Part shown: in pieces, positions 9,378 to 18,425 of the stretch
Position numbering within the stretch: the first letter of the stretch is position 1
Layout of the letters: every line of letters starts with the position of its first letter
Made by a program: the position numbers and the translations under genes
Notes under the pieces: generated by a model
Told to the model about the DNA's origin: nothing
The model's database searches: none
What the model saw: only the letters and a program-made list of their open reading frames with translations
Origin: an uncultured Aestuariivirga sp.
GTDB taxonomy: Bacteria; Pseudomonadota; Alphaproteobacteria; Rhizobiales; Aestuariivirgaceae
Assembly: GCA_964510815.1 (NCBI GenBank)
Contig: CAZECZ010000003.1
Location: 3,430-67,429, forward strand
Direction: 5' to 3'
DNA length: 64,000 nucleotides

Positions 9378-10001
9378 ATGCGTATGCGGATTTGGTTTGC
9401 AGCGGGCGTCGCGCTCGCAACTCTTCAATTGGCACTTCCGGCCAGCGCCGAGAAGGTGAAGTTCTCGCCCAAGGCCTTCCAGGTGTTTGGCGGCATTGAC
9501 GACAGCGCGCCGCAGGCCGCCGCATGGCGCAAGTCCGACATCCCGGACAGCCTGCGCAGCCGCAAAGTATCTTTTGCCTCGCAGCTGGCGCCGGGTTCCA
9601 TCCTGGTGAAGACGGGCACACGCCGGCTCTATTACATCCTGCCGTTGGGCCAGGCCATCGAATACAAGGTGGGCGTAGGCCGTGAAGGCTTCACGTGGAG
9701 CGGTGAGAACATTGTCTCGCGCAAGTCCGAATGGCCGGACTGGCGTCCGCCGCTTGAGATGATCCGGCGTGAAGCCAAGCGCGGCCACAAGCTGCCGGAC
9801 TTCATGCCGGGCGGACCGAAAAACCCCCTGGGTGCTCGCGCCATTTATATCGGGGACACCCAGTTCCGCATCCATGGCACCACCCAGCCATGGAGCATCG
9901 GCCAGGCTGTGTCATCGGGCTGCATCCGCATGATGAACGAGGAGGTCATCGATCTCTACGAGCGCGTCAAGGTCGGTGCCACGGTGGTGGTCGAAGACTG
10001 A
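9378..10001 (+). CDS. L,D-transpeptidase (YkuD/ErfK family)
   Basis: Signal peptide; VGVGREGF, NPLGARA, RIHGT...SSGCIRM. Start uncertain (ATG 9243, 9378 or 9384, all in frame). Confidence 0.92.
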   Translation: MRMRIWFAAGVALATLQLALPASAEKVKFSPKAFQVFGGIDDSAPQAAAWRKSDIPDSLRSRKVSFASQLAPGSILVKTGTRRLYYILPLGQAIEYKVGVGREGFTWSGENIVSRKSEWPDWRPPLEMIRREAKRGHKLPDFMPGGPKNPLGARAIYIGDTQFRIHGTTQPWSIGQAVSSGCIRMMNEEVIDLYERVKVGATVVVED

Positions 10002-10032
10002 TTGGCGCGGAAATGCTGAAAAACTGCGCGTG

Positions 10033-10048
10033 ATAACTGTCCCTTAAC
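10033..10048 (+). promoter_or_regulatory. CtrA-like site (one mismatch)
   Basis: ATAA CTGTCCC TTAAC upstream of the LysM/M23 gene. Confidence 0.55.
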
Positions 10049-10095
10049 CTAAACAAGTCATTTTCGACTTGTCTGTTTGTAGTGGAGTTCCGGGC

Positions 10096-11424
10096 ATGTC
10101 GTTCATGAATCATCACGCGTCTTGGGGGTCGTTCAAGGCGAGGTTTTTACTCACAGCCGCTGCCGCCGTGATGTTGTCGGCCTGTTCGAACGCCGTCGAA
10201 CGGTTCTCCGAAAATCCTTCCGATGCCGATCCGGTCTACACCGCGTCGGTGCAGAAGCAGAAGCCGGCAGAGCCGTCCTATCAGGCCCCCGATGAGGGCT
10301 CGATCAGCAGCAGCCCGCTGAAGAACGCCTCCGTCCAGCAGCCGCCCAAATACGATTACACCCGGTCCTATCAGCAGAAGCAGCCCACCTACCAGCCCCC
10401 GGCCTACAAGCAGCCGGAGGTCGCAAGGGTAGCGCCCCCGCGTGCGCCCGCTGCGGCCGGAACCGTCCAGGTCGGCCCGGGCATGACGCTGTATTCGATC
10501 GCCCGCGCCAACAATCTCACGGTGGCGCAGCTGGCCGCGGCCAACAACATCAAGCCGCCCTACGCGGTGCGCACCGGACAGACACTGCGCATTCCAGGCG
10601 CAGCCAGCCCGTCACTGCCGCAAACCACGGCCCGCGCTACGGCACCGGCCCCGCAGCCGCCGCGCCAGCAGACTGCCGCCGTGGTACAGCCGGTTCGTGC
10701 GTCCGCCAAGGGCATGCACACCGTCACCCGTGGAGAAACCCTATTCTCGCTCGGCCGCAAATATGGTGTCTCGCCCTATGCCATTGCCGATGCCAATGGC
10801 CTGGGTCACAACGCCCAGCTCAGCCTCGGTCAGACCGTGAAGATTCCGTCTGGCGGCAAGGCCCTCACCGCCCGCGTGGAAGACTCGCCGCCAAAGCTGA
10901 CTGCCCCCTCGGCTCCCAAGCCGGTGGCCGAAATGCCGCAGACCGACCAGGTTGAAGCCGCGCCCTCGACGATGGCGGCAGAGGGCGCGCCGCAGCCGGA
11001 AGCCCAGCCCCAGACGCTGGCTGACAACTCCGCGTCCGGCATGCGCTGGCCCGTCCGTGGCAAGGTGATCTCCGGCTTCGGCCCGAAGTCGAACGGCCTC
11101 AAGAACGAAGGCATCAACATCTCCGTGCCGGAAGGAACCAGCATCCGTGCGGCCGAGAGCGGCGTCGTCGCCTATGCCGGCAACGAGCTGAAGGGTTATG
11201 GCAATCTGGTCCTCATCCGCCACGAAGGCGGCTATGTCACCGCCTATGCCCACGCCAAGGAGCTGTTCGTGAAACGCGGTGACACGGTGAAGCGCGGCGA
11301 CGTTATCGCCAAGGCAGGCCAAACCGGTTCCGTATCGAGCCCGCAGCTGCATTTCGAAGTGCGCAAGGGCGCCACGGCACTCGACCCGATCAAGTATCTG
11401 TCGTCATCGACCGCGTCCAACTGA
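10096..11424 (+). CDS. LysM-repeat / M23 peptidase-domain lipoprotein (NlpD/DipM-like)
   Basis: Lipobox LSAC; two LysM domains; degenerate M23 domain (NEGINI, YAHA, PQLHFEVR); SD GGAG. Confidence 0.9.
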   Translation: MSFMNHHASWGSFKARFLLTAAAAVMLSACSNAVERFSENPSDADPVYTASVQKQKPAEPSYQAPDEGSISSSPLKNASVQQPPKYDYTRSYQQKQPTYQPPAYKQPEVARVAPPRAPAAAGTVQVGPGMTLYSIARANNLTVAQLAAANNIKPPYAVRTGQTLRIPGAASPSLPQTTARATAPAPQPPRQQTAAVVQPVRASAKGMHTVTRGETLFSLGRKYGVSPYAIADANGLGHNAQLSLGQTVKIPSGGKALTARVEDSPPKLTAPSAPKPVAEMPQTDQVEAAPSTMAAEGAPQPEAQPQTLADNSASGMRWPVRGKVISGFGPKSNGLKNEGINISVPEGTSIRAAESGVVAYAGNELKGYGNLVLIRHEGGYVTAYAHAKELFVKRGDTVKRGDVIAKAGQTGSVSSPQLHFEVRKGATALDPIKYLSSSTASN

Positions 11425-11453
11425 TCGCGGTCACGAGACCCCTGCAAGGGATG

Positions 11454-11488
11454 AGGGCCCGGACTTCGGTTCGGGCTCTTGCCTTTTT
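11454..11488 (+). terminator. Rho-independent terminator-like hairpin
   Basis: AGGGCCCGGAC-TTCG-GTTCGGGCTCT stem with a UUCG loop and a nearby T run. Confidence 0.6.
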
Positions 11489-11529
11489 GGCTCCCGATGC
11501 GGCATCCTCTTGCTCGCGAGGAGGCCCAC

Positions 11530-12195
11530 ATGATCACGCTATGGGGACGGCGGAACTCCGCCAACGTGCAGAAAGTTCTGTGGACGCTTGAGGAATTGGG
11601 CGTGCGCTTCACGCGTGAAGCGGTGGGTGGCAGCTTCGGCGGCAACCGCGACGCCGATTTCCTCGCCATGAACCCCATGGGGCTGGTGCCTGTCATCCGC
11701 GATGGCGATGTCACCATGTTCGAATCCAATGCGATCGTGCGCTATCTCACCGCCCGCTATGCCAACGGCGAGCTGCGTCCCACCGAGCATTTACACCTCG
11801 CCATGGCTGAACAGTGGATGGAATGGCAGCAGAATGTCTTTGCCCAGCCCGTACTCACGATCTTCATGAACAGCGTGCGCATGGCGCCGGAAAAGCGCAA
11901 CGCCGCGGCGGTGGCCGAGGCCGAGTCCAAAGCCGTCGAGGCGCTGAAGATCGCCGATGCCCATCTTGCCCGTCACGACTGGTTCGCCGGCTCGGCCTTC
12001 AGCTTCGGGGACATCGTCATGGGCACCTTCCTCTATCGTTACATGGGCCTCGACTGTACCAAGCCGGACATGCCCCATGTGCGCGAATGGCTCGAGGCCA
12101 TCGAGGGGCGCGAAGCCTTCCGCAACACGATTGGTGCGGTGCCGCGGGCCAAGGATCCAGCCGACTGGCTGCGCATCGAAAAAGAGTTCGGCTGA
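11530..12195 (+). CDS. Glutathione S-transferase family protein
   Basis: WGRRNSANVQKV, NPMGLVP, FESNAIVRYL; SD GGAGG. Confidence 0.93.
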   Translation: MITLWGRRNSANVQKVLWTLEELGVRFTREAVGGSFGGNRDADFLAMNPMGLVPVIRDGDVTMFESNAIVRYLTARYANGELRPTEHLHLAMAEQWMEWQQNVFAQPVLTIFMNSVRMAPEKRNAAAVAEAESKAVEALKIADAHLARHDWFAGSAFSFGDIVMGTFLYRYMGLDCTKPDMPHVREWLEAIEGREAFRNTIGAVPRAKDPADWLRIEKEFG

Positions 12196-12199
12196 GGCG

Positions 12200-13195
12200 A
12201 TGTCGATGCGTGCAGTACAACTCCATGGCAAGGGCGACCTTCGGCTGGCGGACGTGCCGCGCCCCGGCGCTTTGAAAGCTGGCGAGGTCCGCGTGAAGGT
12301 GGAGGCGGCAGGCATCTGCGGCTCCGACATCCACAACTACCGCACTGGCCAGTGGATCAGCCGCACGCCCAGCATTCCCGGCCACGAATTGTCAGGCGTC
12401 ATCACAGAAACTGGTCCTGGGGCAGGGCATTTTAACGTTGGTGACCTGGTGGTGGCGGACTCGCGCTATTGGTGCGGCACCTGCGAGGCTTGCCGCACCG
12501 GCAAGCACCATCTCTGCCAATCCATCGGCTTCGTCGGCGAGGTCTGCGATGGTGGTTTTGCCGAGGAGACGGTTTTGCCGGCGCGCCTGCTGCTGAAAGC
12601 CGATCAGGGCCTCCCTGCGGACGTCGCGGCGACCGCCGAGCCGCTCGCCGTGGCGCTCCATGCCGTGGCCCGATTGGCGCCAGTGCAGGGCGAAACGATC
12701 CTGGTCACCGGCTGCGGCATGATCGGCGCACTGGTGGCCCTGGTGCTGTCGCGCAAGGGGGCCGTGTCGGTACGGGTCGCCGACCGCAACCTGGCCCGCG
12801 CTGAATTGGTGGCCGAGGTGACGGGCGCCGTGGCGGTTGGCGTCGATGAGCCCGGCCTTGCCGGTATCAGCGGTCTGGTCGAGGCCACCGGCAGCTCCCC
12901 GCTGCTGCGCCATCTGGTGGACGTCGTCCCCGGCGGCAGCCGGATCGCGCTGGTCGGTATATTCCATGGACACATGGACCTCGACCCTACCATCCTGGTC
13001 GAGCGGGAACTGGCACTCGTGGGTTGCCACGCCTTCGCAGATGAATTGACCGAGGCCGTGCGCCTGCTGCCGCATTTGAAGGACGAGATCCTCCAGTTTC
13101 TGTCGGAACCGATCCGCCTCGACGAGGTGCCGGAGGCCTATGCCCGCATCATCGCCGGGGAGATGAAGGCGCCCAAGACCATCATCAGGCCCTGA
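12200..13195 (+). CDS. Zinc-binding alcohol dehydrogenase (MDR family)
   Basis: GICGSD, GHE, CGTCEAC...LC, GCGMIG. Confidence 0.9.
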   Translation: MSMRAVQLHGKGDLRLADVPRPGALKAGEVRVKVEAAGICGSDIHNYRTGQWISRTPSIPGHELSGVITETGPGAGHFNVGDLVVADSRYWCGTCEACRTGKHHLCQSIGFVGEVCDGGFAEETVLPARLLLKADQGLPADVAATAEPLAVALHAVARLAPVQGETILVTGCGMIGALVALVLSRKGAVSVRVADRNLARAELVAEVTGAVAVGVDEPGLAGISGLVEATGSSPLLRHLVDVVPGGSRIALVGIFHGHMDLDPTILVERELALVGCHAFADELTEAVRLLPHLKDEILQFLSEPIRLDEVPEAYARIIAGEMKAPKTIIRP

Positions 13196-13199
13196 ACGC

Positions 13200-13317
13200 T
13201 CAGAGCAACTTGACTTTTGATGGAACCATCAAAAGTCAGATAAGTTGCTCGCTCATCAATAGGTTAGTGCGTCATTGCTTCGCCAAGACGATTCCGTCTT
13301 GGCGCATTCCGCACTAG
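13200..13317 (-). mobile_element. 118-bp two-hairpin intergenic repeat, copy 2
   Basis: 112/118 identical to copy 3. Its CTAG end contains the TAG stop of the DUF815 gene. Confidence 0.9.
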
Positions 13318-14177
13318 ACGTCCAGCTTCTGTCCGAGCTTGCCGGCGAGGTCCTGGATGAATTGCCAGGCCACACGGCCGGACCGGCTGCCGCGCGTCGC
13401 CTGCCAGGCAATGGCCCCGGCACGGAGCTCCTCGGGGCTCACCTGAAGCCCGAAGTATTTCGCGTAACCCTCGATCATATCGAGATATTCGTCCTGCGAG
13501 CAATTGTGGAACCCGAGCCACAGCCCGAACCGGTCGGATAGTGACACTTTCTCTTGCACGGCTTCTGACGGGTTGATTGCCGTCGAACGCTCGTTCTCGA
13601 TCATGTCGCGCGGCAGCAGATGGCGGCGGTTGGAGGTGGCATAGAACATCATGTTGGAGGGCCGTCCCTCGATGCCGCCGTCGAGCGCCGCCTTCAGCGA
13701 CTTGTAGGACGTATCATCAAAATCGAATGAGAGATCGTCGCAGAACACGATGAAGCGGAACTCTTCGGCCTTGCGGATGATATTCATCAGCACCGGGAGG
13801 CTCTCGATATCCTCGCGGTGGATCTCGATGAGCTTGAGGCTGCCGCCTGTCTGGCCGTTCACCAGCGCATGTGCCGCTTTCACCAGCGAAGACTTGCCCA
13901 TGCCGCGCGCGCCCCACAGCAGCGCATTGTTGGCCGGCAGGCCCTTGGCGAAGCGTTCGGTGTTCTCGATCAGGATGTCACGTGTCAGGTCGATGCCCTT
14001 GAGCAGTCCGATGTCCACCCGGTTGACCTTGGCAACGGATTCCAGCACCGGCGGTGCGGCGTGCCAGACGAAAGCTTCGTTGGCGGCCAGATCGGCAGGC
14101 GGCGGCAACGGTGGTGCCAGCCGTTCCAGGGCCTCGGCGATGCGGCGGAGCAGGGCAGGATCGGTTATGTCTGTCAT
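13314..14177 (-). CDS. AAA+ ATP-binding protein (DUF815)
   Basis: GLPANNALLWGARGMGKSS, FCDDLSF, YATSNRRHL, SLSDRFGL, SGRVAWQF. Confidence 0.92.
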   Translation of the reverse strand: MTDITDPALLRRIAEALERLAPPLPPPADLAANEAFVWHAAPPVLESVAKVNRVDIGLLKGIDLTRDILIENTERFAKGLPANNALLWGARGMGKSSLVKAAHALVNGQTGGSLKLIEIHREDIESLPVLMNIIRKAEEFRFIVFCDDLSFDFDDTSYKSLKAALDGGIEGRPSNMMFYATSNRRHLLPRDMIENERSTAINPSEAVQEKVSLSDRFGLWLGFHNCSQDEYLDMIEGYAKYFGLQVSPEELRAGAIAWQATRGSRSGRVAWQFIQDLAGKLGQKLDV

Positions 14178-14287
14178 GGCGGCCTCTTAGCCGAGGGTTG
14201 AGAGGCCGTAAAGCCGCCCCAATCGATTGGTTGCAATGGCGGGAACCGTCGCTATATTCCGCGCACATTTCGATTGGGAGACATTCC

Positions 14288-14623
14288 GTGTTTATTACTC
14301 CGGCCTACGCCCAGGCTGCCACACCCGGCGCGGGCGATTTCGTCAGCATGATTCTGCCCCTCGTCGCCATCATGGCGGTGTTCTACTTCCTGCTCATCCG
14401 TCCGCAGCAGAAGAAGATGAAGGATCACCAGGAACTTCTGAAGAAGGTCATGAAGGGCGACACGGTCGTCACCAGCGGCGGCCTCATTGGCAAGGTCACC
14501 AAGGTCATCGACGATAACGAACTCCAGGTCGAGATCGGTGAGAACATCAAGATTCGCTTGCTGCGCTCTGGTATCTCCGACGTCAGGGCGAAGGGTGAGC
14601 CCATCAAGTCTGACACCAAGTAG
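14288..14623 (+). CDS. yajC: Preprotein translocase subunit YajC
   Basis: FYFLLIRPQQKK, GDTVVTSGGLIG; GTG start after GGGAG. Confidence 0.95.
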   Translation: MFITPAYAQAATPGAGDFVSMILPLVAIMAVFYFLLIRPQQKKMKDHQELLKKVMKGDTVVTSGGLIGKVTKVIDDNELQVEIGENIKIRLLRSGISDVRAKGEPIKSDTK

Positions 14624-14629
14624 CCGCCC

Positions 14630-16231
14630 ATGTTCAACATCCCCCGCTGGAAGTCGCTGGCCATTCTCGCCTCCGTGCTTCTCGCCATCATCCTGGCGCT
14701 GCCAAATGTGCTTCCGACGGATACGCGGGCCAAGTTGCGAGACTACGGCCTGAGGCCCGTGACACTCGGCCTCGACCTGCAGGGTGGCATCAACATCCTG
14801 CTCGAGATCGACCGCAAGGACCTGCACAACCGCCTGTCGGAGCAGCTGGTAGGTGATATCCGCAGCACGCTGCGTGAAGCGCGCATCGGCTACAATGGCA
14901 TCAACCGCTTCGACAGCGGTGTGCGGGTGCGAATTGCCAAGCCGGAAGACATGGACAAGGCGAAAACCGAGCTGCGCAAGCTGATTCAGCCGCTGGACAC
15001 GGGCTTCTTCGGCGGCGGCGCCACGGCCGCACTGTTCACCCTGTCGGACCAGGCCCAGCAAATCACCTTCTCCTTCTCCGAGCCCGGTCTCGATGCCAAG
15101 GTCGCCGGTGCCATTGCCCAGTCCCTCAAGATCATCGAGAAGCGCGTCAATCCGGACGGCGTGGTCGAAGCCACCATCCAGCAGCAGGGCAAGGACCGCA
15201 TTGTCGTCCAGATTCCCGGTGTGCAGGACAGCGAAGAGATCAAGCGCCGCCTTGACCGCACGGCCAAGCTCACATTCCAGTTGCTCTGCGAAAGCCAGCC
15301 GACGTCAGAGGGCCAGAACCCGCCGCCAGATTGCAAGGCCCTGCCGGTGAAGGATGAGCCGCAGAATATCATCTGGGTGCAGACATCGAGCCGCGCCACC
15401 GTCGACGGCGCCGATTTGGTCGATGCCAAGGGCACCTTCGACCAGAACAACAACCCGGTCGTCTCGTTCCGCTTCAACACCAAGGGTGCCGAGCGCTTCG
15501 GCCGGCTGACGCGCGACAACGTCGGCAAGCCCTTCGCCATCATCCTCGACGATGTGGTCGTCTCCTATCCCCGCATCAATGAGCCGATCCTTGGTGGGTC
15601 GGGGCAGATTTCCGGCAATTTTACCACCCAGGAGACCAACGACCTCGCCATCGTGCTGCGCTCCGGCGCGCTGCCGGCCAAGCTGACCATCGTGGAGGAG
15701 CGCACCGTCGGCCCCAGCCTAGGCTCCGACTCGATCCGCGCCGGCCTCATCGCCTGTGCGATTGGTCTTGCCGCCGTCTTGGTCTTCATGGTGATCGCCT
15801 ATGGCCTGTTCGGCATCTTCGCCGACATTGCCCTGCTGGCGAACCTCACCTTGCTGCTCGGCGTCATGTCCTTCTTGGGTTTCACGCTGACGCTGCCCGG
15901 CATTGCCGGCATCGTGCTCACCATGGGCATGGCGGTTGACTCCAATGTGCTGGTCTTCGAGCGCGTGCGCGAGGAATGGAAGAACGGCCGTACCGCGATC
16001 AACGCCATCGAGACGGGTTTCCGCGCCGCGCTCGGTACCATCGTCGACGCCAATGTGACGACGCTCATCGCCGCCGCCGTGTTGTTCGGCATCGGCTCGG
16101 GTCCCATCAAGGGCTTCGCGGTCACGCTGTCTGTCGGCATCATCACAACCGTGTTCACCGCCTTCACGCTCACCCAGCTGATCATCGCATACTGGGTGCG
16201 CAAGACGCGGCCGAAGGAGGTTCCGCTCTGA
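14630..16231 (+). CDS. secD: Protein translocase subunit SecD
   Basis: LGLDLQGG, LRSGALPA, TLPGIAG, AVDSNVL.FERVREE, DANVTT. Confidence 0.97.
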   Translation: MFNIPRWKSLAILASVLLAIILALPNVLPTDTRAKLRDYGLRPVTLGLDLQGGINILLEIDRKDLHNRLSEQLVGDIRSTLREARIGYNGINRFDSGVRVRIAKPEDMDKAKTELRKLIQPLDTGFFGGGATAALFTLSDQAQQITFSFSEPGLDAKVAGAIAQSLKIIEKRVNPDGVVEATIQQQGKDRIVVQIPGVQDSEEIKRRLDRTAKLTFQLLCESQPTSEGQNPPPDCKALPVKDEPQNIIWVQTSSRATVDGADLVDAKGTFDQNNNPVVSFRFNTKGAERFGRLTRDNVGKPFAIILDDVVVSYPRINEPILGGSGQISGNFTTQETNDLAIVLRSGALPAKLTIVEERTVGPSLGSDSIRAGLIACAIGLAAVLVFMVIAYGLFGIFADIALLANLTLLLGVMSFLGFTLTLPGIAGIVLTMGMAVDSNVLVFERVREEWKNGRTAINAIETGFRAALGTIVDANVTTLIAAAVLFGIGSGPIKGFAVTLSVGIITTVFTAFTLTQLIIAYWVRKTRPKEVPL

Positions 16232-16247
16232 GAGCGGAGAGCATCCC

Positions 16248-17183
16248 ATGAAAGGTATTCGCTTCATTCCCGACGGCACCACGCTGCGCTTCATGCGCAT
16301 CAGCCGCTTCGGCTATCTCGCCTCCGGCATTCTCTGTGCATTGTCGCTGGTGTTGTTCCTGACGGTTGGGCTCAACGTCGGTGTCGATTTCAAGGGCGGC
16401 ACCGTCATCACCATCCGCACCGAGCAGCCTGCCAATCTCGACCAGCTTCGGTCCACCATCAATGGACTGGGGCTTGGTGCGGCCGAGTTGCAGGAGTTCG
16501 GTACTCCCAACGATGTTCTGATCCGCATCGGCGTGCAGGACGGCGGCGAGGAAGCCCAGCAGGCCGCCATTCAGAAGATCAAGGACGCGCTGGGGCCCGG
16601 CGTTGACTACCGGAGCGTCGAGGTCGTCGGCCCCAAGGTCTCCGGCGAGTTGGCGCAGGAGGGTATCGTCGCGGTGGTCGCCTCGATCATCTGCGTGCTG
16701 ATCTATATCTGGTTCCGATTCGAGTGGCAGTTCGCCGCCGGCGCCGTGCTGTCGCTGCTGCATGACGTCGTTCTCACCATCGGCCTGTTCTGCCTGCTCA
16801 GGATCGAATTCAATCTGCAGATCATCGCCGCGATTCTGACCATCGTCGGCTATTCGCTGAACGACACCGTCGTCATCTTTGACCGTATCCGTGAGTTCCT
16901 GCGCAAGTACAAGTCGATGCCTCTCGCCGACCTGATCGACTTTTCGATCAACTCGGTCCTGCCGCGCACCATCCTCACCTCAACCACCACGCTCATCGCC
17001 CTGCTGTCGCTCTATATCTTCGGCGGCGAAGTGATAGCGGGCTTCACCTTCACCATGATCTGGGGCGTCATCGTCGGCACCTATTCGTCCTATTTCGTGG
17101 CCGCTCCCGTGCTGCTGCTGTTTGGCACCGAGCGTGAATCGAAGAAGGCCGAAGCCAAGGCGGCGGTGGCCGCCAGGCCTTGA
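16248..17183 (+). CDS. secF: Protein translocase subunit SecF
   Basis: GVDFKGG, RFEWQF, HDV, GYSLNDTVVIFDRIRE, GTYSS. Confidence 0.97.
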   Translation: MKGIRFIPDGTTLRFMRISRFGYLASGILCALSLVLFLTVGLNVGVDFKGGTVITIRTEQPANLDQLRSTINGLGLGAAELQEFGTPNDVLIRIGVQDGGEEAQQAAIQKIKDALGPGVDYRSVEVVGPKVSGELAQEGIVAVVASIICVLIYIWFRFEWQFAAGAVLSLLHDVVLTIGLFCLLRIEFNLQIIAAILTIVGYSLNDTVVIFDRIREFLRKYKSMPLADLIDFSINSVLPRTILTSTTTLIALLSLYIFGGEVIAGFTFTMIWGVIVGTYSSYFVAAPVLLLFGTERESKKAEAKAAVAARP

Positions 17184-17554
17184 CGGCATATTATCCGGGA
17201 CGGCCCACCATCGACTCCTATGGCGGTGGTGGATTTCGTTTTGCTGGCATGTCTCATCACGGCTCGATCCTGGCGTTGCCGAGCGGCGTCTATGACTGGA
17301 ACCCATCGCCAGACGGGTTGACCGTGGAAGATGTCCGCGGCGTGCTGGCCGAGCGCGGCGATGTCGACCTTCTGATTGTCGGCACCGGCAAAGCCATGGC
17401 GCGGCCGCCCCGCGCCGTTCGAGAGGCGATCGAAGCCACCGGCATGATGCTCGATTGCATGGCAACCGGCCATGCGGTCTCGACCTACAATCTCCTGCTG
17501 GGCGAGAAGCGCAAGGTGGCCGCGGCCTTCATCGCTGTGGAGCAGCCGGGGTGA
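17180..17554 (+). CDS. Mth938-like domain protein (NDUFAF3 homolog)
   Basis: IDSYGGGGF, LLIVGTG, M.TG.AV.TYNLL.GE.R.VAAA; located after secF. Confidence 0.88.
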   Translation: MTAYYPGRPTIDSYGGGGFRFAGMSHHGSILALPSGVYDWNPSPDGLTVEDVRGVLAERGDVDLLIVGTGKAMARPPRAVREAIEATGMMLDCMATGHAVSTYNLLLGEKRKVAAAFIAVEQPG

Positions 17555-18300
17555 GCGAGGCGCAAGCCTATTGCCAGACCCTTGTGCGCGACGCCGACCG
17601 GGACCGTTATCTCGCAAGCCTGTTCGCGCCCGATGCCGCCCGCCCGCATCTCCTGTCACTCTATGCGTTCAATGCCGAAGTCGCCCGCATTGCCCAGACC
17701 GTGAGTGAACCGCAACTGGGCTTGATCCGCCATCAATGGTGGCTCGATACGCTGGAGGCCATGGAGCAGGGGCAAGCGCCCGCCCATCCGGTCGCGCAGG
17801 CGCTGGCCGAAACCGCGAGGACCCATCGCCTGCCCATCGAACCGCTGCGCCAACTCGTCATCGCCCGTGAGGCCGACCTCTATGACGATCCGCCATCCGA
17901 TCTGCAGGCACTGGAAGCGCATCTGGGCGCCACGTCGTCTGTCCTCATTCAGCTTGCGGCCCTGATCCTCGCCGGCCCAAGGGCGTCGGCCTGTGCCGAG
18001 GCGGCAGGCTATGCTGGCGTGGCCTATGGATCGGCAACGGCGCTGGTCCACCCGCGACCAAGGCCGCTGCCGCCCGGCATGGACCGCGACGCCGCCATGA
18101 CCCACGCCCGCTCGCGGCTCAAACAAGCGCGCGAGGCAGCACGAGCCATACCGCGTGCGGCGCTGCCGGCCTTTCTCCCGGCCAGCCTGACCGGGCTCTA
18201 TCTCGCCGCCGCCGAACGTTCACCGGAAGCGCCCTGCCAGCCGTCACAATTCCGCCGCCAGCTGACGATGTGGTGGCGCGCCAGAGGGGACCGGTTCTAG
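17551..18300 (+). CDS. Phytoene/squalene synthase family protein (NDUFAF6-like)
   Basis: D.DRYLASLFAP, LYAFNAEVARI, SEP.LG.IR.QWW, AFLP; GTGA overlap with the upstream stop. Confidence 0.88.
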   Translation: MSEAQAYCQTLVRDADRDRYLASLFAPDAARPHLLSLYAFNAEVARIAQTVSEPQLGLIRHQWWLDTLEAMEQGQAPAHPVAQALAETARTHRLPIEPLRQLVIAREADLYDDPPSDLQALEAHLGATSSVLIQLAALILAGPRASACAEAAGYAGVAYGSATALVHPRPRPLPPGMDRDAAMTHARSRLKQAREAARAIPRAALPAFLPASLTGLYLAAAERSPEAPCQPSQFRRQLTMWWRARGDRF

Positions 18301-18414
18301 TGCGTAATGCGCCAAGACGGAATCGTCTTGGCGAAGCAATTACGCACCAACCTATTGATGAGCGAGCAACTTACCTGACTTTTGATGGTTCCATCAAAAG
18401 TCAAGTTGCTCTTG
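18297..18414 (+). mobile_element. 118-bp two-hairpin intergenic repeat, copy 3
   Basis: CTAG-GTGCGTAAT..CGCCAAGACG-GAAT-CGTCTTGGCG..ATTACGCAC, then GAGCAACT..TGACTTTTGATGG-TT-CCATCAAAAGTCA-AGTTGCTC. The CTAG contains the upstream gene's TAG. Confidence 0.9.
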
Positions 18415-18425
18415 GGGGGATCTGC

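Noticed and set aside
18382..18397. TTGAT...ATCAA inside hairpin 2 of the repeat as an FNR box
   Set aside because: The spacer is 6 nt rather than 4, and it is simply part of the longer palindrome.
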